Shown: one piece after another, positions 11,574 through 23,700 of the stretch | Layout of the letters: each line of letters begins with the position of its first letter | How positions within the stretch are numbered: position 1 is the first letter of the stretch | Source: Marsupella aquatica | Lineage: Eukaryota > Plantae > Marchantiophyta | NCBI GenBank assembly: GCA_973895155.1 | Contig: OZ316892.1 | Coordinates: 8,229,251 to 8,293,250, forward strand | Reading direction: 5' to 3' | Length of the DNA stretch: 64,000 nt | Notes under the pieces: generated by a model | Seen by the model: the letters and a program-made list of their open reading frames with translations, nothing else | Databases searched by the model: none | What the model was told of the DNA's origin: nothing | Program-made: the position numbers and the translations under genes

Positions 11574-14009
11574 TTACTGTATACTTGAGTAATCTTGGAA
11601 TTTGTGGAAAGCGGTCACTAGCCCGGAGTCAGAATAGTCAAAAGTGTACCCCTCTTCAGTAGATGTTTCTCCGAGGTAAGGTTCCGGTCCCCAATTCATT
11701 TTAACACGTGGTTCTCCAAAAGACAATTCTCGTTGCTCCCAATTAACTTTCACCTTGGCCTTATAGAGCCATGGCCTGCCTAACAGAATTGGAAAACTTG
11801 ATGGGATTTCAGGGTCTATTACAACGTAATCAAGATAAAAATTAAGTCCTGCTATATTAGTTGGCACCTTACTGAGTTTTCCCACTGGAATAACTCGTGA
11901 CTGGTCTGCCATTCTCAAAATTTTAGGAGTATGCTCAAATGTTGTAAATCCAAGGTCAGAAGCTACTGTCTTGGTCATAAGGTTGACACTTGAGCCTCCA
12001 TCCACTGGTACTTTTTTGATTACACAACCTTCTATCTGAATGTCAATTTCAGGTGGTCCTTGGTCTTCCCACTCCATTCTCAAAATCTCAGTAGTAGGTA
12101 ACTTGACACGTCTCCTCCTTCCCATTAGTAGACTTCTCAGTTGTTTTTGGTAGGTAGGATTATCTTGCAACAATTCTCCTATTGTAATATTGGCGGGATG
12201 GTTCTTGACATCTTGAACTATATCATAATTAGTTCTCTTTTCAGGGATCAGTTTCTTAGGTACACTCACCTCAAGTAGATCATGTTTTGGGTCTTGTACT
12301 TTCTCCAAAATCTCAGTTGCTAAGTAATCCCTTATCTCATCCGAGATATCTGGCACAAAATACTTAGGATCATGCCTATCATAGGCTGGATCTTGGTCTT
12401 TAGGTAAACCTTCCTCAAAGGGGGTCTTCTTCTTCTTTCTATCCTTATCATCACCACTTCTTTCTTCTTCCCCTTTTCCTTTAGATCGAGTGGTTGCAAA
12501 AGTATACAAAATTTGGTCACGATTCTGCACCCTAGTATTTGGTTGACCTGCTACTCCACTCTTGACTAACTCTTTCACTTCTGTGTCAAAAACTTTTCCA
12601 GCCAAGGGTTGCCCAAAAACTTCTAGAGGTGAGGATGTGGATTTTACTGGCAATTCTTCCTCCAGATTTCCAGTGCTACCAATAGTGTCCATCACTTGAT
12701 TTACTGTTACATCTTCCTCAACAAAAATGTAATGACAATGGTCTACCTCCTCCGTACTATACACCATTCTAACATTGGCCTCCGGTCGTGAAGGTTCCTT
12801 GGCAGGTTCTTGTGCAAACCTCACCATCATCCGTGGTTTAGGAGGGTTAGGGCATTCCACTGGTAAGTGTCCCTCCTTACCACAATTTCCACAAATAGGT
12901 GTAAATCCTTCTTCCTGTCTAGGGTATGGACATTGTGGAATGTAGTGACCCTTCTGTCCACAATTCCAGCAAGTACCTCGATCTCTTGGAGCTCCCTTAG
13001 GTGGATATCCTCCCGGAGGTCCCATCAGTGGTCTTGGCACCGGTCGTTGAGAAGGTCCAGATGGTGCTGGAGGGAAATATTGTGGCCTAGCATTCTGAGC
13101 TTGAAGTGCATATATATCATTATATTCATACATATCTTCTTCTTCCTCCTCTCTGTAATTAAGGTAGTTTACTGCGGGTTTACCATTTGGGCATTCATTT
13201 GGGTAATGGCCATGGCCGTTACATCTTGTACACCATACATTTGTTCTCTGGATAGGTATGGGTCTCCTTGGTGGTCTCACTCTCGGGGGTTTCACTTCCA
13301 CAAAAATGGCATATCACGTGCGACGAAGGATATGGTCATTTTATTGGTTGTAAGAGAAGACTTAAGAATTTTTGTAGAAGAACAATAGGGTCTTTTAAAT
13401 TCAATTTTGAGACTTATAAGAACATTAGGGCCTTTTTAATCCAATTTTTGGAATATTCCAAGAATATTCTAACTTTATAGGGGTTAAAAATAATATTTTT
13501 TTCTTACATTTTAGGGGGTCCAAGGCCTAAAAACGTCGTAGGTGATGGGGAGGTCCCCATGTAGTGAGACCCCCGAGGTCTCACTCCAACAATATTTACA
13601 GAAAGTTTAGACAACTGGCTACTTAAGGATTCAATTACCTTATCCAAGTGTTTTGTTTTTGCCGGTACAGCTACCTTTTTGACCTGAGTGGTTCGCTTCT
13701 TGGTATCTTCCTCTGAACTAGAACTGCTACTTTCTGAGGTCGACTCAGAGGTGTCATCACTGCTCTCAGTGCTGCTCTCATCTTTGCTAGAATCTGATGA
13801 AGACTTACCCTTTCTCTTCTTTTTATTCTTTCATTTCTTCTTTCGTTCTTTCTTCAAATCTCTCCTTACCCGACTAGGTTGAGATAATTCAGAATCTATA
13901 TAAGTTTGGGCGGCCTCTTGAGCCTCCTCAAGAGTTTTCACTCCTTCCCTATGAACAAACCTGTTGATAGGACCGGGCAACCCATTAATAAACCAATCCC
14001 TAATAGTGG
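11574..14009 (-). pseudogene. Gypsy gag (three CCHC knuckles) + aspartic protease, interrupted by a MITE
   Basis: Three CX2CX4HX4C motifs (CTRCNGHGHYPNEC, CWNCGQKGHYIPQC, CGNCGKEGHLPVEC). Protease motifs VDGGSSVN and ILLGRPWL. The gag frame resumes beyond the MITE (DWFINGLP...TLEEAQEAA). Confidence 0.9.
13282..13577 (+). mobile_element. MITE family A copy 2
   Basis: Same TIRs as copy 1. TSD GTCTCACT at 13274-13281 and 13578-13585. Splits gag at VGVR/PPRR. Confidence 0.93.
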
Positions 14010-14585
14010 TGCGCTCCTATAGCAATTGAAATAAGCTCGAATGGTGGTCTATCGAGTGAGCACTAAGGGTTGAAGCTCGCGCCCTACTGCCGGCCGCCAT
14101 GGACGTCCCTCAAAGAAAACTGGAGAAAAAGGTTTGGGCCGGCGCGGACGTCACATTAGGTCGTGGCGGGGTGGACGTCCCGGACGTCCCTACGTGGAGG
14201 CCGTCCAAGACATCCTCAAGGTTTTTATGCGGGCCGGCGCGGAAGGAGTCGGCCATCCTTGGCAAAAAATGGGTGCTATCCCGACCGTCGCTGTGTAGAA
14301 GCCGTCCAAGCTGGCGCCGTCTTTGCCATCTTCGTGAGGAGGCCGTCCCTGCGAGGAGGTCATCTAGGATGTCACCTCATTTTTGAAGCTCCTTTCAACT
14401 TCTTGCCGTCTTGACGCTTAATATGTAAAAACCAGGGTGGCCTTGACGTCTTCCAATGGTATCCTTACCCATTTGAGCTTATACTAACTTAAATTTGCTT
14501 AAAGGGCCTTATAAAAACTTAAAAATTTTAAAAATTTATGATTTTGATACTTTAACTCTCTTTTTGGAATAATCACCTAATTACA
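14010..14585 (-). repeat. Gypsy upstream LTR (576 bp)
   Basis: Direct repeat of 7961-8560 with a ~24-bp internal deletion and scattered substitutions. Confidence 0.9.
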
Positions 14586-17500
14586 CCAGGCTTGATCACA
14601 AAGATCCCTAAGTGGCGGCTTCGGAGTGAAGAGACCAATACTCTGCCATTTTGCATTCTCGTGTACACCATCTCGACATTGAGGACAGGTTACCTGCCGA
14701 TCTACAATTATAGTTCGCCAGAGATGAGGATGAGGTCTTCAGTGCAGTTCAGGATAATAAATATGTAGGATATATGAATGACACTGGGTTGGAGAGCTTT
14801 GTCAGGTTGTCCTAGAGGATGGTAGACATACCAGTTGAGGATCTGTTGGACTTCGTCGGATGCTGGGAGGCTTCTTCCAACACGACGCTGCTGTATGGAA
14901 AGGTGTTCAAACTAACACATGCGCTTATTGAAGCCGTCTTTGCTTTACCAGTAGGAAGGAAGACTAAGGTGGAGCAGAGGAAGACGTTGTCGGATGACCA
15001 GTTCAGGTCATTTCCAGGGCCTTCCACTAAGAATGGGTTTTTCAGGAATCAATGTACCAACCCGCATATAGGGCAGCTGATTGATTTCCTGAGAGTCACG
15101 TTGCATTGTACCTTGTCGAGAGCAAAAATTGGCAAAGCCCAGGTGTTTTTGGTGGAGAATATCGATGCAAGCCGAGACTACAATGGCTATCTCTTAATGC
15201 AGTTGAAGAAAGCATTAAATGAAGAGAAGCAGAGCATTGGGGAAGGAGCGGTATCCAGACTAGGGTACCATCTGCAATTACGTTGCCGATATGCAAGAAG
15301 CCAGTCTTTTGCACCAGTGTTGCCTATACAGGAGCGGATGCTGATCACTGCACCACTTGAGGAGGTGGAGGAGGATGAGGAGCCTCTAAGCAAACGACGC
15401 CACGGGAGGAGGTCGGCAACACAAACAACACGAGAATGAGAGCATTCCCCTATCAAGGAGCCAGAGGTAGTAACATATAATGTGGTGAGAAATCTGTTGC
15501 ATCGGCCTACTCATAACAATTCATATGGAGGCATCCAATTGGTCGAGAGGAAGATGACTGCCGAAGAGAGAAAGAAATATGACCAGCGAATGGATTCGGA
15601 GACAGATGAGGAGGTAAGCCAAAGCCAAGAGCTTCTAACATAGCCCAAGTGGAGGGACATGTGGAGGAAAATCAACCAACAGCAGCCCAACAATATTCGG
15701 AGGAAGAAATTGGGGGCTTTGGAGAAGAGGCCGGCATGCTAGGTAGTCAGGTTAATGTGGATGACTACGACGATGATTATGTCAATCACGGGGAGAGGCT
15801 GGTGCCAGGAGTTAGAACGATGGGAAGGTTTTGTAGAAGACTTCCCGCAGTCTTCTATGGCAAGCCGAAGGACCAGAAAACACCAGAATCTCCTCCACCA
15901 GATGTGACGCCATTAGAATTTGACAAGATGAAGGAAGCTGAAGCCGGGATACAAGAGAGGATTAAGGAGTGGGGGGCTCGGAATGCAGAACAGGAATGCC
16001 AGCTACCAGGAGGAGAGTGGCCGGAAGAAATAAGATGGCTTAGTGAGAAGCAGGCCGAACCTCTCACTAACTTCGATCAGCTGAGGGAGGAGGCTTGGGA
16101 GAGACGACCCCGATGGCAGATGCCAGTCTCGGGGGTTTCACTTCCACAAAAATGGCATATCACGTGCGACAAAGGATAGGGTAATTTTATTGGTTCTAAG
16201 GGAAGACTTAAGAATTTTTGTAGAAGAACAAAAGGGTCTTTTAAATTCAATTTTGAGACTTATAATAATATAAGGGTCTTTTTAATCCAATTGAATATTC
16301 CAAGAATATTCCAACTTTATAGGGGTTAAAAAATAATATTTTTTTCTTACATTTTAGGGGGCCCGAGCCCTAAAAACGTCGCAGGTGATGGGGAGGTCCC
16401 CATATAGTGAGACCCCCGAGATGCCAGTATCACCTAGGAGGTTAAACTACGCAAGAAATCGAGCTAAGGAGTATGGAGACATGTGTGGACTCTTAGCCTT
16501 AGAAATCTTTGGCAACGAGTTGGAATCCGGGCCATTTCTTAGAAAAGAAGTGGCTGATCAGACGAGACTGGAGGAGGCAATGACATTAGAGCAATTGAAG
16601 AAGGAGGAAGTGATCGCTCGGCTTTGCGGCATGCAAACAGAGGTGGCTAAATCAAGGGTGAATCAACAAGCACAGTAGGATCTCTTGGCTAAGCAGCAGG
16701 AATTAGAGATGGCGAACAACCAATTAGAAAACTACCAATTGGATAACCAGCAGATTAAAGAGAAATTGACAAAGGTGCAGCTGGAGTTAGCCGATGCGAG
16801 GGAGGAGGTATAGGATCTTAATTGGCAAGTCGATAGGCTTAGGAAGGCAGCTAAAGACCAGACCACTCAGAGCAAGAAGGCCTTGGCCGCAGCCCAAGGG
16901 AAGCATGAAAAGCTACTTGATCGGCTGGATGCCATGCAGGAGAAACATGAGGACGCCCTGAGTACAGCGGCCAATGATCACCTAAGCCGAGCCTAGCAAA
17001 TACGCAAGGAGCTTCAGGGGGATATAGAGAAAACAAAGAAGGCATGGAAGGAAGAGGTCACGAAGCTGGAAACCATCAATAACTCCTTGAAGGCAGCCGC
17101 AAATAAGCAAGAGTTGGAGATCGTGCAGATCTTAAATGAGGAGCTGAAGGCAGCCAAGGCTGAGATATTACGGCTTAACGATGAAGTTGAAGACGTATCT
17201 CAGGAGTTGGAGGAGGCCAAGGATAAGATGATCGGGTTGCAGAGGCGTGCCGACAATCAAACGGAGAAATTGAAGAAGTATGTCGAAGCGGGATATGGGT
17301 CACCAACTGAAAGGCTGCCCGTCAGTAGTATGGTAGGCGGAAATACAATGAATCCAAAGCCAAAGCCGAGCTCACTGTTGTCAAGCGTGACTGGGGGCAA
17401 ACTAAGCCATGCAATTAGTGGCAGATTTGGCAAAGACGTTCATGGGGCCGGGCAATAATAAAGTTAAACCCCTTAAAGCCACTCCGGAGGAAGTCGAGAG

Positions 17501-18801
17501 CTTGGCCGCTCACATTTGCGGTACTGTGGCCCTGAAGGCAGTTGTGGTAGAGGTAAAAACTACGGATCAACTTGGAGTTGCGGTGACAGGTTCAGACGAT
17601 GGTACTGCTTCTATGGACGCCTAGAACGTGAAGCCGTCGGTTATTGAGACCGAGCGCATCGGGGAGCAGGCTTGGATTGAGGAAGTTAAGGCAAAAGCTC
17701 TCTAGGCCGTTGCCGAGGAGGATGAAGTCGAGGCCGAACCCAAAGCCATAGTTAATGTGGCCGAGGGTAGTCAGCCAAAGCCGAGTTTAGGGGAAGGTGC
17801 AGAGTCGGACGGCTCAGGATTACCACCGGTCATCTGACAATTAATTAAGGCGGGCTAGTCGTCAGTTGGAAGGAGGACGTGGCTGAAGGAGAAGGGCTTG
17901 GGCCAAGAGGGCGCGGCCGTTGTAGGATGTGGACAGGGCAAGTAGCGCTCTGTCGGCTTGAATAGTTCGATTGTGTTAGAGGTCCGGATCCATCGGGTTT
18001 CTGGCTTAGGCAGATTAGTTTTGTTTTTTGTTCAATAAAAAGGATTATCGCGGTGGCAAGGCGGGATTGCAGGGGTAGGCTTTCCGCGCTTCTTTCAGTC
18101 ACGCTGCAAGGATAAAAACCCGGGCAGCGTGGCTGGGAGGGGTTCTTTTCTTAGTCAAGGCTTCAGTGTAAATCATTTATTGTTGTGAGCACAAGAAGCT
18201 CTCGGCTAAATCTAGACCGCAGGATATCAGTAAACTACCAGTTCCCTTGGATTTCTGAGCAATTATTTGAATTGAGTTGGCCTTGTTGCCTAGTTCGCAG
18301 ATTTTTTCCATCCAAGAAGTTGAGTGTTGTGATATCTATTGCTTGATCGATTTAAGTCAGATAGGGTGAACTGTTGAGCAAAGTACAATCGCATTGTCTT
18401 GATTGGAGATTGCCCAATCAAACTATGAGAGAAAAGTGAGGATTGAGAGTGTTTAGTCGGTGAAGTGTGGGTTGAGTCCGTCTGAAAAAGACCTTCAGCC
18501 GGCTTAAGAAATTAAGCCATAGAGGTACATTCCGGGGGCGGAATACAAATATACCTGAAGAAGTTAAAGAGGAATTAGGTGTCTCAGTTGTGCACAATTC
18601 ACAAGCCCAGTGAAAGAACCGGTCCGGTAAGTGTGGACCGAAGGAGAGGATCGCGTTTCCAAGCCGAATAGCTACCATACGGCAAGAGGACGGACATAAA
18701 TGAGTGGTTTATGATCAATTGAGGGTAGTTCTTGGGGTTAGAGGTCTTGGAAAACACGCCACATGCTCCCAACCGAGCGGCCAACAACACAGTCAACAAC
18801 A
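14586..18801 (+). mobile_element. 3' region of an Athila/Tat-like Gypsy element: decayed extra (env-like) ORF plus probable 3' LTR (17921-18801)
   Basis: ORF segment LLDFVGCW...YGKVFKLTHALIEAVFALP resembles Athila-type extra ORFs. Long coiled-coil frames with stops (16430-17840). A purine-rich tract precedes TGTAGG (17921), and ...CAACAACA ends at 18801. Confidence 0.5.
16128..16420 (+). mobile_element. MITE family A copy 3
   Basis: Same TIRs as copy 1. TSD ATGCCAGT at 16120-16127 and 16421-16428. Confidence 0.93.
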
Positions 18802-19148
18802 GGGTTCTAAATAAGAAGGGTTCTAAATGAAGCCAAAATTGGTTAGAGTGACTGCTAGAAGAACAATTGACCCAAAAGTGTAGCAAGGGCCTATTAGGTT
18901 AAAAATGTTTTGTAGGGGCCCGTCAGGTAAGAAAGTTACACAAGAGTGCCCATCAAGCATATACGTCCCCAACTACTCATTCCTTGAACATTAATAGAGA
19001 CAGAGATTAAAAAGAATTGCAAAAAAAACATTCTATGTTATTTCCTTTTCATCTTTGCCCATCCATGTATAAAATTTTGTTTCCCCTCATTTTTGTTCCT
19101 CCTCATTTTCAATTTTGTCCTTAATTAGTCGCTGTCATTTTGTCCCTT

Positions 19149-19768
19149 CCCTGGGCCCGCACTAAGGGAAATGTACCTAGATATACTTGTGACCAAAGCC
19201 TCCCTAGATACCCCTTGTTATATTTTGGAGGAACATTTAAATATATCTTGTTCATTCTAAAAAGAAATTTCAGTCCTATATAAAATCCTCCTAGGTTATT
19301 ATAATCTTTGATATTTTAGGATTTAAATACCCTTCATTTGTTATAAAAAAAGGTTTAGGGGATGCATATAAGCATTTTTTCACATGGGGCCATCCATTCT
19401 ATGGGTCCAAGAACCCAAAATTAACCTAGGTTACACTCAAATACGAGAGGGTTGGGGAGGGGGTTTAAGGTTCTTGTGTGAGAACTGGTACAAGAGACTG
19501 ACCCTATCACATACCCTAAACCAATGCGACTACGACACATGGACTAATCAAATGTTGACACCTATCATGGAGTATTTACATATCCCACCAGCTAATGTAA
19601 TGGGCAACCAAATTTATAATAGTCTCCATTCCTTCTAACCTAGACTATGCATATATGGTGCCCTAGTTCATCCTAACCTTGTTCTAATATTATTTTCAAA
19701 ATGGATTCAAAATACCCGTCGGACATTTGCACGTATGTTTTGTTATTTCATAAGCTGAGGGCCCAGGG
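19149..19768. mobile_element. Non-autonomous DNA transposon family B (10-bp TIR, 8-bp TSD)
   Basis: TIR CCCTGGGCCC / GGGCCCAGGG. TSD TGTCCCTT at 19141-19148 and 19769-19776. The reconstructed empty site (ttttgtcccttattgagagttac) resembles the paralogous uninterrupted sequence at ~20050-20070. Confidence 0.8.
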
Positions 19769-20149
19769 TGTCCCTTATTGAGAGTTACGGGCTAAAGGTA
19801 GACGACAATCCTTAGAGAAAGTAACTTTGCATCACACTTTATTGGCCCAATCATCTGTTCCTTGAACATAAATAGATATGAACACAAAAACAACAAAATC
19901 TTGCAAAATGAAGAATTATAAGTTATTTCCCGTTCATCTTTGACTCATCCCTATTTTTTTGTTCATACTCATTTCAATTTTGTCTTTATTTAGAGTCAAT
20001 GTAACTTTTGTGCATCTTTGCTCCCTTTCTTGTTCACCATTATTCTCAGTTTTGCCCTTATTGGGGTTACAGTCTAGAGGCTTCAGTCTAGATCCCAGTC
20101 TAGATAGTAGGCCTCTAAAGTAGCTTTAGTTCACACATTAGTAGTAAGA

Positions 20150-20774
20150 CTAGCCCAATGCCCATGCATTGCACAAAAGATGTCAAGGTAATAAAACATG
20201 TCAAGGAGAGAAATGATGTTGAAGTGAGCAAAAAATGTCGAGGTGATAAAAGGTGTCAAGGTGATAAAAGATGTCGAGGAGAGAAAAATATGTCAAGGTG
20301 AGCAAAAGATATCAAGGTGATAAAAGATGTCAAAGAATGACAAAAGATGTGGAGGTGATAAAAGATGTTGAGGTGAGCAAAAGATGTCAAAGAGAAAAAA
20401 ATGGTTAGTAACATTGAGAAAAATATTTTGAGGAAGGAAAAAATATTTTGAGGAGAGAAAAAGATGTAGACCTGAGCAGAAGATGAGGAGGCTAGGAGTC
20501 CATAAGAGATAAGAAAAATATTGAGTCATATAGTCATTGTGGCCATATCTTTCTCCTTACTCAAAATCTTTTTAATTCTCAAAATAGGGGAAGGACAAAA
20601 ATCTATTTTAGCAAAAATTAGAGGGTTCTCCCCCAAAAATATGGGAATGAATGGTTTAGGATGGGATTCCATACAATCTCTAGCTCAAAAGTTTCACCAT
20701 TAAAAAAAGAAAAATCTCAATTGCTTTTATAAAAACTGTCCCCCTCACTAAAAACAAAAAAAAATTGATAAAGA
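20150..20774 (-). mobile_element. Non-autonomous Helitron-like element with internal ~20-bp tandem repeats
   Basis: The minus-strand 3' end TGTGCAATGCATGGGCATTGGGCTAG|T resembles the Helitron hairpin+CTAG end. Candidate 5' end is A|TCTTTATC. AAAAGATGTCAAGGTGAT-type repeats at 20175-20480. Confidence 0.5.
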
Positions 20775-23700
20775 TGTATACAAAGAATTTTCACTTGAGT
20801 CTTTGGGTATCAGATGGTAGTGGTCAGTGAATAATACCAAGATTCGTGACTAGTTAATGAGTCCTGAACAAAAACGTAAAGAAAGACACAAAAGACAGAG
20901 TGGGAGAAACCGGGGAGAAAACAAAGTGTAGAAAAGGAATTAAACGGAATTCATCCGTGGACCCCCATGTTAGTTTAGAGGCAGTTATGTAGAAACTGAA
21001 GCCTAGATGGACCTCCAAATCTAAAGAAAAAACTTTCAAAAATGGACAAGTCAATGTTTGATACTTGAAACAATTGCCAAACTTACCAAGACAACCATAA
21101 TTAACATCGATCACAAAACAAGCTACAATGTGAACTACTGTTTAATGTGTGGGCGGCTTAATTGCTCACTTCAGCAAAATGGTGTTCGACGGTTTCCTCC
21201 ACGTTATCAAAGGGATGCTGGATGCATTCATGTTGCATCGAAAGTAATCAGTTTCCAATTCCTACATGCAGATAGACAAAGAGAGAGAAGTCATCGGTGT
21301 CATCAAATCACTAACCTTGCATAATTGTTTTAGACAAAAAGTTTCATGGAAACAAATTTCCAATTGTGGAATCCGGAATGGATTGAAAGCTAGAGAAATG
21401 ACCACTTTAGTACTTGATAAAATCTCCCAATGTCACTTTCATTGAAAAGTTAGAGAACATTGGAAACTCATAATCTCCTCAAAACTCAACTAAATCTATC
21501 AATGTTAAGTTCATTAAACAACTAAAGAAATTCTAAAATTAATAATCTCTTTAGTACTCGATAAAATCTATCAGTTTTAGGTTCATTCTCATGGAAGGGG
21601 TCGACATTTGAGGGGTTGTACAACAAAAAATTTCTATTTACATTAGAGATTACAAAATCATGGGTAAAATCTATTTTTCAAATTATTTACTCAATTCTTA
21701 TCAAATGGTCAGTGACAATGCTGAGCTCATCACGACCGCCTCTTCAAGATCTTTCGAATGCCATATTATACGTGAGTTTCCATTATGATTTGACTCAACA
21801 ATGTCAAATCAAAAATTGTTGTCTGGAAAATTTTATGTTTTGAATAAAATCAAAATGAAAATAAAACTGTTACTGGGAGCAGTTTTACCTCAATCTTTTT
21901 ATCTTTTGATTTGCATGTCAATTTTTTGACATTGTTTTTTGCGGCATGGCGTCCTAGTTTTTACAGTAAAGTTTCCACAAACACGAATGTAGAAGTTAAT
22001 TTTATCCAAAAACAAGTCCCTTTTTGTTTGTGGCATGTCATGATGATGTGGCGGGCTGTGGAGCCAGGAATTTTGGAAAGGACCTCTAATGGGGGTCCGT
22101 AACAAAAGCAAATTAACACGCAAAGGACAAACTAGGAGAAAGATATCGTACATAAAAGAAACTAAAGGGATAGTATCCAAAAGGTATGGATTTTGTCTAA
22201 TCTAGGGTCACAAAAGGCATCCTTTAAATCAAACGGTTGGAATTGATTCCAGAAAAAGGGTGGGATCCCTTATTATAGTGTGTGATGTTTTCTTTTTAAA
22301 TTGGACCTTGTCTCCATGTGCAATTCTCCATCTCCCCACCCCTGGCACTTCCTTTTACTTGACCCAATGCTGACGGCCCTCCTTACAGGAATACATACAT
22401 GGTGCCTATGATCCCCTTCCTTATTTTGGAATCTAACGATCAAGAAAATTGACATGTTATATCTGCCGGCTTGGAAACATCCAGTGTTTTCGCTTTTTTG
22501 TAAGCAGACAATCCCAAAATTTGGCGGGAAGTCATATTGTAGTGTGTAGACTAGGGGTAAGGACTTCCTCCAAGCAGTGGTCCCCTCCAAAATGCTATCT
22601 GGCTGTCTCAGCCAAATTGGATGTTCAGATGTAGTGGCATGGTGATCAACTTTGGGGCACTGGCCACTTCAAGATTGCATCCTGGTTTAGCCCTAAGTAA
22701 CATGGGCCATCTTAAAGGGAGACTTTGACAGTCAGGGGCGATGGCCCTAGCCTAGTGCAAGGGAAGAATGGCTAGTTAGGATTAATATATTGTGAGAATG
22801 AGATTGAAGACTGGGTATGCATGTTTGTTTGCCACATATGTCAATAAATACCACTAGATAGACATGGGTCAATCAGCATGATTATTAGATCATACTACTT
22901 TTGGGCAAGCCAGTGTGAAGCTCAGAATGAAACAACCTTTAATCTACAACCTTTAATCTCTTGATATCTCAACCTTCTCCAGAGTTTCTCTAGTAAGAGC
23001 ACTTTGATCAATCACTAGTGACAATCCATAGTAACTGTGGAAGGTTAATTTCAAGGTGTTGTGTGTCAGATTTGCAAAATTTCATTGGAACTTCAAAGAA
23101 CTCATGAGTTGCCAGAGTAGAGTTTTATTGAGAAACGTACTATAGAATCTCTAATGAACCAAAGAAAGGTGTCTATGGCAACTGCATACCTAGAAATTTC
23201 TAATGGGACCCGACAGGCCCTCCTTACTGCTGGAAGGCTCTTGTCATAAAGTAAGATGTGCCATGGTCAGGAGAGGACAAAATTCAAGATTTCGCTACAG
23301 GAAGTATCAGGCGAGACTTGAACCCTAGCATCTTGTAATTAAAGTACTTGCTGTTAAAGACTGGAGACTGGAGACTGGATCCTGGTAGAGCTTTATGTTT
23401 AATCTAAAAACAATGTGTACATTGAAAAGTCAGTGTTGTTTACATCCACATGCTTAGCACATGCTTTAAATTTAATTACCAAACTTCTTTAATTCCATGC
23501 AAACACACTGCCAACGAACAAACAATGTGAAATGGGGAGATGAGATCCCAATGGTCCTATGTTCACTCGGAAGAACAGGCACTCAGGCTCCTCCCAATTT
23601 CAAGGAAACTCACCAAACTCGTTTTACCTGTTTGTGAGTTTAGGTCCATGCAACATGAGAAGATTAAAAATTTCTCATGTACACTCGCGTAACACGTTTT

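Larger units (their letters stand above)
7961..14585 (-). mobile_element. Ty3/Gypsy LTR retrotransposon, degenerate and 5'-deleted
   Basis: Direct-repeat LTRs at 7961-8560 and 14010-14585 (minus strand TGTAATTAGG...GGAGCGCA). PPT-like GGGGGGAGACCTA next to the 3' LTR. Domain order gag-PR-RT-RH-INT. Stops, frameshifts and a MITE insertion. Confidence 0.93.
5693..18951. mobile_element. Possible Mutator-like (foldback) host element enclosing the nested retroelements
   Basis: 5697-5732 (ggcccctaggaactatttttatctaatagggccctt) is an imperfect inverted repeat of 18885-18920. The right end terminates ...agagtGCCC (18951). The left TIR abuts the CACTA end. Confidence 0.35.

Noticed and set aside
21870-22200. 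Possible foldback MITE
   Set aside because: Only short, patchy inverted matches; TIR ends and TSD could not be fixed.
22690-23050. Weak inverted similarity to ~53050-53280
   Set aside because: Only a few short words match, which is insufficient without an alignment.
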